Source: Heptranchias perlo
Taxonomy: Eukaryota
DNA: 64,000 nt
Reading direction: 5' to 3'
Assembly: GCF_035084215.1 (NCBI RefSeq)
Contig: NC_090354.1
Location: forward strand, 7,998,001-8,062,000
In this document: positions 14,147 to 26,100 of the stretch, in pieces
Numbering within the stretch: the stretch's first letter is position 1
Layout of the letters: every line of letters begins with the position of its first letter
Notes under the pieces: generated by a model
Told to the model about the DNA's origin: nothing
Seen by the model: only the letters and a program-made list of their open reading frames with translations
The model's database searches: none
Program-made: the position numbers and the translations under genes

Positions 14147-17100
14147 CTGGAAGGAAGACATAGTATAGCTTGTTAAAAATAGGCTTATCATCCAACAACA
14201 GCATAGTGTCAGCCGTGGCTCAGTGGGTATCATGCTTGCCTGAGTCCGAAGGGCGTGAGTCCAAGTCCCGCTCCAAAGACTTGAGCACAAAATCTAGGCT
14301 GACGCTCCAGTGCAGTACTGAAGGAGTGCTGCACTGTCGGAGGTGACGTCTTTCGGACGAGACGTTAAACCTTGTCTGCCCTCTCACGTGGATGTAAAAG
14401 ATCCCGTGGCACTATTTCAAAGAGAAGGGGAGTTCTCCCTGGTGTCCTTGGCCAATATTTATGTCAGCCAACATTACTAAAACAGATTATCTGGTCATTA
14501 TCACATTGCTATTAGTGGGAGCTTGCTGTGCACAGATTGGCTGCTGTGTTTCCTACATTATAATGGCTGCAGCGTTTCCTACATTACAACAGTGATAACA
14601 TTCCAAAAGTACTTCATTGGCAGTAAAGCGGTTTGGGACATCCTGAGGTCACGAAAGACACTATATAAATGCAAGTCTTTCTTTCTTTAGAAAATGGACC
14701 GATGCCAGAGTCCTTTTGAAAACGGACAGAGGAAGGCACTAAGACGAACGAATGATAAACAGCCACATGTCACCCACTGTGATCCTGCAAGTATATCTAA
14801 AGTTGCACAGCCTGATTGGAATACATGTCAACATGTTTGGCTTTGCTTAATACTATTTACTAGACGTTTACAAATAGCAATTTTTAAAAGATGTTGTGCA
14901 ATAAAGGAGGACAATTGAAAAGCTGGCATGAGTGCTCAGTATTTGAAGGATCAGAAACTCCATATACATGTGTATGGTTGAGAGAAGAACAAGGCAGAAG
15001 CTCTGTAGACTGTCCAATTCTGGTCTCAGTGGAGTAGTTAATCTTCTTGCAGTCATCCAGCGCTGTAATCCAGATTCTACATGTCGTACACATATGCAAC
15101 ACACATGCCTATGTGAGTTCTTTTCTTCCCATTTTCTCACCTCCTCGCCTGAAGTCGGCGACTCCTACAGGGGTACAATTGCCAGGAGCCCTCTGATACA
15201 CACATGCAGGGACTGCAGGCTAATTAACTCTGGCTGATCTTTCTCCACATCCCTTAATACCTTTACTTCCCAAGTTAGATCCTTTCAAATGTCTCAAATG
15301 ACTTTACATCTATAGTACGCTGAGTTGCACATTCTTACAGCCCTTTGTGTTAAACTATTTTTCCAGTGTGCCTCCAAAATTGACAATAAGGGTGGGACTT
15401 ATCTTTGGGCTGTGTGTCGCTGGCACAGGCAATTTCAGATATGTGTATCGGTGAGACAGTTTACAGAAGGAAAAGAAATCTGGGCTGCAGCAATGCCACA
15501 TTTTCCTCAAATCCAAAACAAGACAGGAGTCAGGAGAAGGGTGGGGCAGAGAAAATTGACATCTTAAAAACTTGATTTTTGTCATTCAGTTTAAAGTTCA
15601 GAGGTTTTTGGAAACCTCACTCAAAAACCAAACTGTCAAGTCCAAAACCAAGCAGGTGGTGATGCTGGAGTAATTCTCCCCTCATTCCCAGCTTCAGTCT
15701 CCACTCAAATGCTGATGTCACAAAATGCGCAGTTTCCACAGCATCAAAAGTTTGTTTGCAGTGTTGCGTAAATCAGAAACTACTGCTTGTAAAACAGCAG
15801 AGCTGCAATGGCCGATCTCCGTATCTGCTCATTACTTACGTAAAGAAGCGCGACTGGTAGACCATGTTGTTTTCCTCCATGATCCTCCTCCTATCCCTCT
15901 GCAGCTGCTCAATCCTTTGTTTCTGAACTTCCGCTGCCTCTGTGTTCCCCTCCTCGAGGTACCTGTGTAAATTAAAAATATTAAAACAAAATCATTCATA
16001 ATGACTCTGTTTGCAGAAAATCTGGAACCCGATGGCCAGCCAGCTGGCTGTCTAACTTCATGCTGTCCCTAAGGTGTAGGGGACTAGTCTTCCAAAAAGC
16101 TCAAATCAGTGTGTCGGAATAGCAATACCTGCCTATATTCAACTGAGCATAATATCAAATCATGTGACTGATAAAAGAATGTTAAATTTATTTTTGGTGA
16201 GATTCCATGGTTTAAATATTTAATCTTTTAACCAAGTACTCCAGGAGAAGGCATTACTCTCATTTATTTGAAGTGGGCAGGCAAATGGGTGGAAACCATC
16301 ACATGGTGAGTTTCATAAAACGTCATTTAAAGTTATACGAGATTTGCTGTAATGGAGGGGCCCCTAGTGGACAACAGAAATTGGTGAGGAATTGAAAGTC
16401 CCCAAATTTTAGTCTTGCACGTGATGCAGCGATACCGTGGGCAGAGTCTTCCTGGTGGTCACTCTTTGCGAACCTGCTACACTGGGATTGCCCAGTGATG
16501 TATGAGATCTGGTGTTAGGATCCAGCGGTGCCAGCACTCGCCTCCCTCTCCTCTCTCTCCCCTCCCCCACCCAGGCCAACCCAAGAACAGCATTAATCAT
16601 CCTTGGACTGGCAGGTTAATTGAGGACATACAGAAGGACAGCGATGTAAGTGTGCTGTGTAATGATGAATCATCGACACAAAGCTTCGTGCCACAGAGAT
16701 TTTAGTGGGTAACCTAAGCGGGGATAATGGAAATTCCACTCTGTGCAAAAAAAATCTGAACAGAGCTTTTTAAAACCATGGAAACAAAATAATTGTACTG
16801 TAAGATTTCTAATTAATGTGCAGAATTTCACAGAGGCACAACTGTGGTAATGTGTTACTAAAATATATATTTTATTAAAAATCTTGTGTACGTATGCAAT
16901 TCCTATTCCTGGAAGGCTGTTTCCAGTGGGGTCCCGCAAGACTCCGTACCAGGTCCCTGGCTTTTTGTGGTTTATATTAATGATTTGGACTTGAATGTAG
17001 GGGGCTTGATCAAGAAGTTTGCAGATGACACAAAAATTGGCCGTGTGGTTGATAGTGAGGAGGAAAGCTGTAGACTGTAGGAAGATATCAATGGACCGGT

Positions 17101-20100
17101 CAGGTGGGCAGAAAAGTGGCAAATGGAATTCAAGCCTGAGAAGTGTGAGGTAATGCATTTGGGGAGGGCAAACAAGGCAAGGGAGTACACAATAAATGGG
17201 AGGATACTGAAAGGTGTAGAGGAAGTGAGGGAACTTGGAGTGCATGCCCACAGATCCCTGAAGGTAGCAGGACAGGTAGATAAGGTGGTTAAAAAGGCAT
17301 ACGGGATACTTTCCTTTATTAGCCGAGCCATAGGATACAAAAGCAGGGAGGTTATGCTAAAACTGTATAAAATATTGGTTAGGCCACAGCATGACTACTG
17401 TGTACACCACATTACAGGAAAGATGTGACTGCACTAGAGAGGGTACAGAGGAGATTTACGAGGATGTTGCCAGGACTGGAGAATTTTAGCTATGAGAAAA
17501 GATCAGATAGGCTGGGGTTGTTTTCTTTGGAACAAAGGAGGCTGAGGGGAGATTTAATTGAGGTATATAAAATTATGACGATACTAGATAGAGTGAATAG
17601 GGAGGACCTATTTCCCTTAGCAGAGGGGTCAGTGACCAGGGGGCATAGATTTAAAGTAATTGGTAGAAGGATTAGAGGGGAGCGGAGGAGAAATTTTTCA
17701 CCCAGAGGGTGGGGAGCTCTGGAACTCACTGCCTGAAAGGGTGGTCGAGAGAGAAACCCTCAACTCATTTAAAAAGTACTTGGATGTGCACTTGAAGTGC
17801 TGTAACTTAGAGGGCTACGGACCAAGTGCTGGAAAGTGGGATGAAGCTGAATAGCTCTTCTTTTGGCCGGCACAGACACAATGGGCCGAGTGGCCTCCTT
17901 CTGTGCTGTAGCTTTCTATGATTCTATTGTCATGAATTTTTGGTTTACATCAACATTTAACAATCCATCCCCTGTCCCCACAGTGGGTCTGGTTTAAGGT
18001 GACACTAATTAAGCATGAACAATGTGATCTGTGGCCAATTATGAGTGCAATCAAATCTGATCACCGCTGTAAGTAAGGTTTTTATTTTTTATTTAGTGAA
18101 CACCCTATTTATTTTGCAGCATTGGTGGCTTTGAAATCCCTGTGGTCAACAAAAATGGCTGAGCCCTCAGCCTGCCCATACTGGCCAGGAACGTGGCTTT
18201 CATATTACTGGTCTGCGTGGACCTTCCCCTGACATCAGGGAAGATCCGCAGCCAGAACGGGAAAGTCACAAATACGTTTGAACAGGGGTGTGTGGAGATT
18301 TCAATGTTACCGCTGGTCCCCAGATCCACCTGTTACTTGGAACCCCTTTAGCCAAAGCCCAGAAATTACACTGTCATGTTTAACATGTGAAGTTACTGCG
18401 GCATTAACCCTCTTATTTTATGCGGATTAATGACTCCATTAAAATAGCGGAGAAAGTAATCTCACACAAACCCGTTAAGTGTCCGTACGCAAACATGACG
18501 GCAGAAATTCCTAGGATCAGACTTTATTCCACAACACAAGCTACTAAAAATATCCTGGAGAATCACAACATAACTCTGTGGAGTATTTTATGACCAACTA
18601 AGACTTGAACTGGGTTGAATTTTAAATTTTAAACCACGACCTTGTATTAGTCCAAGTGTTAACGGTGACTTTGTTCAAAACAACCCAGCCACCTCGGCCT
18701 ACCTCTGGTCAGGCCGCAGCCGCGAGTCGGTCAAGGGTAGAATGCGTTTAAGGTCAGGGGTCAGCTCATTAAGTTCTCGTGCAAATGTGGTGAAACCGTA
18801 GTAACGTTCATGATCTTTAGGTATGGCGTCTGAAAGACAGAAACAACAGAAAACATAACTGCACGAGAATCGCCACGGTAAAATACTGTACGCTCGTTTG
18901 AAATCAGACACTTGAAAAATAGTGAGGCTTCCTTGTTCTAGGTAAAAAAACACTGGCACAAGTTGGAGCTCAAACTAACAAAGCTGGGGCTGTTTAATTT
19001 TTTTTAAAAAAAGAACCCATACAGGAAGTAATTTCTGATTCAAAACAGAAAATGCTGGAAATACACAACACAGGAGGCCCAACAGCATCTAAGAAAAGAC
19101 AGGTTAATACTTTGGATGCAGACCATTCAACAGAATGTTCAGAATTTGCTGTTTTTCCTCTCTATTTATACCCCAACAGCTGTCCAGAAATTTTAAAAAC
19201 GTGACTGGACACTAAAGGTCCTTTTCTTTTTTTTTTTAAAAAAAGAACTTATTTATTTGTTAAGATTGAATCACACACTATTAAAAGAAACAAGCAAAAG
19301 TAAGGAAAGAATAAAGGGAAAGGAAAAAAGGAAGAATGAAATAAGGGAAAGGGAAGAAAGGAAGAATCTCATCGTGTCATCAGGATGTCCCAACATGGTT
19401 AATAATCAATGAAGACGTTGAGGTGCAGTCACCTAGATATCAGCGAGACACGCATAACATCAGCGTCACAAAGTACGGTATAAATGTTACAATAAAATTA
19501 AAACTATTCCTCTGCATCCCCTCCAAATAACTCACTACACAGAATCAAAAGAGACAGTGCTCAGCCACTTACCTGAATTTTAAAATATAGACTTCCCCCC
19601 CCCCGCCCACCTCGCTCTGTGACTTGTAACGTGAAATTATTATTAAGGCTATTATCATTTTTAATTTTCATCAACAGGAAATAAGGAGAAAAAAAAAAAT
19701 CAGAACTCAGATCACAAATGACCTAATCCCTGCCCAACTTCCTGACCAGTTTTGGCAAAAGAGTCTATTACAGAGATATTTCAGATTTCCAGCATCCGCA
19801 GTATTTTGCTTTTATTCTAATAGAGATATTTGCATTAGGGAGCCAGCTTCACGACACAGACACTTGACTCCAAAGCTCAGCCAGAACTAAAGGGCTCCTT
19901 TAGTTGCACATTGATTCCTGGAGGTGCCCAGAATTTGCCCATGCTCTGTACAATCTTTTGGACTGACCCAAGTTTTTAAAGACACCAGTTCGCAGTATAA
20001 CTGTCAGACTGGGTTGTGGATTGTAAGCTGCATTATTGCTGGATATATTATGAGACAATCCACACAAACGCTTCACTTTTTAAAGAAAAGGTTTTGCAGG

Positions 20101-23100
20101 GCCAATAAAACTTGTCCCATTACAATCGTCACTTTCAGCGTAATTGTGACGGAACTGGAATGGGTAACTTCCGAGGTACCAGAGGCAAACATTGCTGAAA
20201 TATCAACACAAGGCGATGACTTCAGTATAAAGTAGGTAAAAGAATAGCAACAGCAGTTAAGTAGGTTGGTGTAGCACCACTATGCAGTAAGAGGTGATAG
20301 AATAGTAGTTTTGTGGCCGTACAGCAAATTCTGATAAGGTGCCTACAGGTGTTGCTCCATTAGAGAAGGAAAGGAATTTCTCCTCTACCTTTATGTGGTA
20401 GTTGCTAACTCATTTTAATTTTTAAAAAATCTTAGCAATTTTCTTCCTCCCTCTCCTGAAGCTGCTGACAGGGTAATTGGGTGCAGTTCCCCAGCTCAGT
20501 CGTCCTCCCATACCTTACCCAAGCGGATATTATTTCCACCCAAGTCTCAACGGGGCACATGAATCGAACATAGGGGGCATCAGTACCGAGCCTGATTCTG
20601 ACCTCACTTCCAACAGGGAGGGTCACTGGCTCGCGATCAGAAGTAAAAACCCTAGCCGATTTTCCCCTCCCTAACCCAGGGGCCCCAACGTCACTTGTCG
20701 TGCCCATACAGTTGCCCAGGTTAATTCCGCACAGACCAGTAAATAAACTTGGGGCTTCCTGGTGTACATGGTTCAGCCTTCAACTGGACAAACTTGCTGA
20801 GCCACAGGTAAGTGATTAATGGATCTGTACTTTTACCCTCTTATAACTGTTGTGTTAGTGACGCTGACATTCGGGTCCTAGAGAGCTGCCAACAGCCCCA
20901 AAGCCTAGCGACCAGCAAGTCCCATTTCTTTCATTGGGTCTTCCCCGTGACCAGTCTCGGTGAATCCGGCAAGTTACACTTTGGGAATGCCGGCAGCTGT
21001 TGAAGACTTGCCCGGGGGGGGGGGGGCACGAAAACAATATACAAGCAGCTTTACTCTGGCAATGCTTATCGCTTCTTAAAATGGAGCCTGAATACCTGCT
21101 GGCCTTCACCCAGTCACCGTCATCATCACCTAGGTAAACTGAACATTTACTCTGGCCGATTCAATTATTCAGTGAAGTGCCTAGTTACTGCAGGAATGTA
21201 GTTTAACAGGCTCTTGTGCTTCAGAACTACTTAAAGCTGGACATATGTAACAACAGCATTTTCATTTCACACTAAAAACCCTGACCAGCTCGATATGTTG
21301 GGCTAGTGTATTGTTAACAGTCGGCTGACCGAGTACTGGAAGATTTAATGTGCAAAAAAAAATCTGGCAAATTGATAAAACAGAAGGGGGAAAATTAGCT
21401 GACCAACCAGCCAGTTTAGGTGCAGTTAATTATTCATTAATAACTTCTGAATTAGTAAAAGGTCTGTTAATCACCTGAAGCCGCTATTATATTGCGTTAG
21501 TGTTGCCGGGTTTCCAAAGTGCAGGCCATGCACAGCCGGCTACAAGCCAAATTGCCGGGTCTCGTTAGGATCGGTAGCGGGTTTTTCGGACTGCTGGTCT
21601 CAGCGAGGTTTACTGGATAGTGATCAGAACCTGGCTGATTTCCTTCCCCTTCCTCCTTCCCCCAGCCAAAGCCCTAGCTAGCTCAGCACAGACTGGGGAT
21701 CAAAGCTGGGGTCATCTGGCTCGACATTAGCTCAGTTTCATACTGAACAATGTCTTACTGAACCATCAGCGGTGGATCAGTGGGTAGCTCTCTCGCCTTC
21801 AGAAGGTTGTGGGTTCAAGTCCCATTCCAGAGACTTGGGCACATAATCAAGACTGACACTCCCAGTGCAGTACCGAGGGAGTGCTGCACTGTCGGAAGTG
21901 CATCTTTTGCATGAGACGTTAAACCCGTCTGCCTTCTCAGATGGGTGTAAAAGATCCCATGGCAGTATTTCGAAGAAGAGCAGGGGGAGTTCTCCCCAGT
22001 GTCCTGGCCAATATTTATCCCTCAACCAACACTTAAAACAAATTATCTGGTCATTATCTCATTGCTGTTTGTGGGAGCTTGCTGTGCGCAAATTGTCTGC
22101 CGTGTTGCCTACATTACAACAGTAACTACACTTCAAAAGTACTTCAATGGCTGTAAAGCGCTTTAGGACATCCTGAGGTCATGAAAGGCACTATATAAAT
22201 GCTTGTCTTTCTTTCTTTCATCAGGGAATTCTCTCCAGACCATTGTTGAGAATGAAGAGCACAGGCTGGAGTGGGTACGTTATATACATTGCTAAATATG
22301 AAAGAGCCCAGGGTGGGAGACAATGTAGCTGTTCTTACTTGGTTTCCAAATGCATTTAGCTGATTGTGGCCCGCCACAGTAAAGCCCCTCGTGCCATTTG
22401 CCAAACAGCTGATGGACGACCCTCCCACTCTGATCTATCACTGAGCCTTGAACCTCATTTACGTTCGAACTCCAGTATTTGGTCTGGAAGAAAAAAGAAA
22501 GCACCATTAGCAAAACCCAGAGTGAGATTCAAACTTTATACTGCTTTTACATTGGGAGACTGTTGTCAACAATAAATACCTGGGAGAACACAGGAACGTA
22601 CAAGACCAGAAAAGACCATTGCATTCCATTTGGCCAGCCCCATTCTCTACCTCTTTTCCATATCTCATTTGTTTCTTTTGTCAACTACACCGTCCAAGCT
22701 CTCCCTTGAACTTGCTAACACTATCCACTATCTCTCGGAACAGTCTGTTCCACACGTGTCACTCTCTGTGTGAAGCAGTTAAGTCTAAACTGATCATTTT
22801 CCCTCTTCAGAGCTCGAGTCTGTACCCCCCTCCCAAACCCCCCCACCCCCCATCTATTTAATGGATGCCTCCAAGTCATGAAATGTGGAGAAAAGAACAA
22901 AACCGACATTTTAATTGAGTCAGTTTACCTTTTGGAAGTATTGCAGACAACTGAACAAACTTACCTTACAAAATGTTAACTTGCAGTGGCAGCCACTGCT
23001 CTTGATGTTTGTGATTGTCACTTCCCCATAATGTTCTATCCATCGCTGCCCGCTCAAGATGTTGTGGATGCAGGACGTGACCTTATTCCACTGATAATGA

Positions 23101-26100
23101 TCTCCAAACCTGGGAATGGCACAGAAAGCGCATTTGCAACAAATACAACACAAACGGGATTTATTCCATTTCAGCCCTGCTCTCTCGACCCCTGAATGTC
23201 TTCAAATCAGCTACTCACTTTGGCAGGCTCACATTCACCATTCCAACAGGCACAATCTCAAGGGACTTCCCCCAGAACTTGTTCTTCCACCTCACATCTG
23301 AAAGCAGCAAGAAGACAGTCTTGTATTTATACTGCACCTCATCATGTCTCTCAGAAACCTCCCAAAGTGTTTCACAGGCGATGAATTATTTTTGAAGGGT
23401 TGTTTTGTAGGCAAATGTTAGTATTATAATAATTGTGACAATGTAAAGTTGGATTATGCAGCTGGAACAAAGTCAAAGAGAGAGCAAGAGGGCGATCTAA
23501 AAAAAGTTTAATTCAAAACTGTACATCTAAACAGATGAGGTACTTCGCTCCATTGCCTTGAACTGGATCACCAACTTTGACATTGCTAACCAGTCCATCC
23601 GCCTTAAATTTCAGTCATCTTGTCCCAATCCACCCATGGAGCACCATAAAAGGACAGAGCTGGGGAGGAGGCTGCACTTCTACTCAATGTCCTTCACCCT
23701 CTGCCCAACTCACCAAATGCAATTGCAGCAGAGTGGAGCAGTCTGCAGTTTCACTGCGCTGCAGCTTTGCCAAGGTTGATGTGGGAGGCTCAGAAAAAAA
23801 ATAGCCTATTATGGGCTATGGTTGTATTTTTCCTGAGCAGGAGGGGTGGAGTTTCTTCAACATTGAAATGGTTTGAACAGGCCTGCACTGGTTCTACCAC
23901 CTGCTAACTATGGGGGGAGAGATAACGGAGCAGCAATTGCACATTGAATTCAGCTGCCTCTTCTTATCCCACAATTGCCAGCATCCACGCTACAATTCTC
24001 CAATCACTTTTAATTTATCCTTTTATTGCGAAACCTAGACGGAAGGTCAAGGCCCAGTACAGACACCGGCAAGGTTGAAAACAGGATCAGGTAATGCAAG
24101 TAGTAGTGTTTGTGTGATGTCAAGCCTGTAGTTTGTAACACAAAGACTGCAAGAGGTAAGAAATTCCATAGTTTTGAGGATTTGAGAAAGAATGAACTGG
24201 AGTAGGAGAATTGTGAGAATATTACTGACATTATGGCACCTTTCTGCATCACAACATGCAGTCCTGATCAACGTACACATTCGGTAAGTGAATCTGTATG
24301 TAGCTCCATGCGGAATATCCTGATCAGTGGTACTCGATTTCTGTATCTTGAGGCTCCAATTTAGGTATGTGCTTTAAGCAAGATGATTTATTATTGACCC
24401 CCACTGCTACATCAGCCAAACTACACTTGCAGTTTCTGCACACAGCTACCCCCCAGTAACATGTAAGCATCTGTGATTAATCAGAAACTGTGACATGTAA
24501 TTACCACCCCCCCCCCCCTTTTAGATTTAATTTCTAGAACAAAGGTTACACACTGCCCATTAAACCCTCTCCTACCCAACAAACTAACCTTGCCAAAAAA
24601 TGAAGTTTTCCGATTCAGCATGGGACACAGAGACTGGTGGGTGATGGCTAACCTGCAATAAGAAATGCAATAAACTATGATGGGCAGCATTATCTGGGTG
24701 CGAGGAGACGATCACAGTTTGTCCCCCGCCATCCAATATTTTCCCCGCTCCCCCCCACTCCCCAACCTCCTGAAGGTGCTGGGTCTTGGTGAGCTACAGA
24801 GATGCAGGTAGCCCTCTGGTACCCCATTCAACAGAGCAGACTTTACAGCCGACTCTTGTCAGAGCGCATCACCAGTGGTATCTTAACGACGCCCAGTTCC
24901 GTTCTCACTCCATTTTACGCTTGGACTTTCCAGTACGAGTCATTAGGTAGCAACTAGGAGCCAACACTTCTTGCAACCAACTACAATGCTCCATCTGCAA
25001 CACCAGCTGATATCGGCTAACTCAGCACAGACTGGAGGTAGAAACGGCTCTGACGAAAGGTCATCAACCTGAAACGTGAACTCTGTTTCTTTCTCCACAG
25101 ATGCTGCCTCGCCAGCTGAGTATTAATTTAATTTGCAGGAGCTGCGGCGAGTGACACATCACTGAAATGTCTCAAAGCTCTTTAAGCACAATGGGGGCAG
25201 AACTTGCTCCCGAAATAACGGAGGAGCTCACCAGCGCTCTCCGTTTTCAATGGCGAATCGAAGGAGCAAGTTCCCGTGTTTGCACACGCGCACTAAAACG
25301 CGGAAATCGTGAGCTTGCTCCTATTGGTTCGCCGGCGATTTGGCAGCTTCGAATTAAAGGGCCATCGCACACTGCAATCATTGAAATCACTGAAAAAAAA
25401 ATCGCAAACCTGCTCGACCACCCAGCTGGAAAGTAACTAATTACGCCACCAAACAGGTACACTTAAAAATACCAGGTCTAAACTAAGTTTTAAAAGCGCG
25501 TTTAGTCTTAATGACTGCCAAACAACTAAAAATTAAATTTTAAAAATGTGGAGTCTTATATTACTCCTTATTTTAATAGTTTTTGGTCATTAAAAAAAAT
25601 ACTTTTCCCTTCTGTCTCTTTATTTAATTCAATTATTTCTTTTATAAAAAGCTAAAGAAATGTAATTTTTTTTTATTTACAGTGACTTCCAGAATACTAA
25701 CTTTAAATGAATGAAGTCTGCTTGTGGGCGTGACTTCTCTTCCTCACAGATTTTGTGGGCATGTCTTCTATTCTCACAGATTGTTCCATGAGCATCAACT
25801 TACGCTGTTCAGAGGCTGAGTTGATAGCACACAATTTTTTTTTAAAAAAAGTTCAAAATCAAGAAAGTCGATGCCACAGAGCCCGCAGTAAATACATTTG
25901 TTAATTTAATTTGCAGGAGGTGCGGCGAGTGTTGCCATGCTGCTCCGCGCAAGTTCCAGCCCATCGAATAACTTTTGAAACGCAGTGACACGATACCCGT
26001 TCTGTGCCAGCAATTCCCCACAATTAACAATGAGACGAATGACCAGTTAATCTGTCTTTTGGTGATACTGATTGTGGAAGGAAGAGTGGCCAGGATACCC

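Noticed and set aside
16670-17251. 193-aa minus-strand ORF
   Set aside because: Antisense reading of the CR1 RT fragment.
16886-17854. Cluster of reverse-transcriptase-like ORFs as a possible functional RT system
   Set aside because: 5'-truncated CR1 with a premature stop and frameshifts; no endonuclease, ORF1 or complete RT domain.
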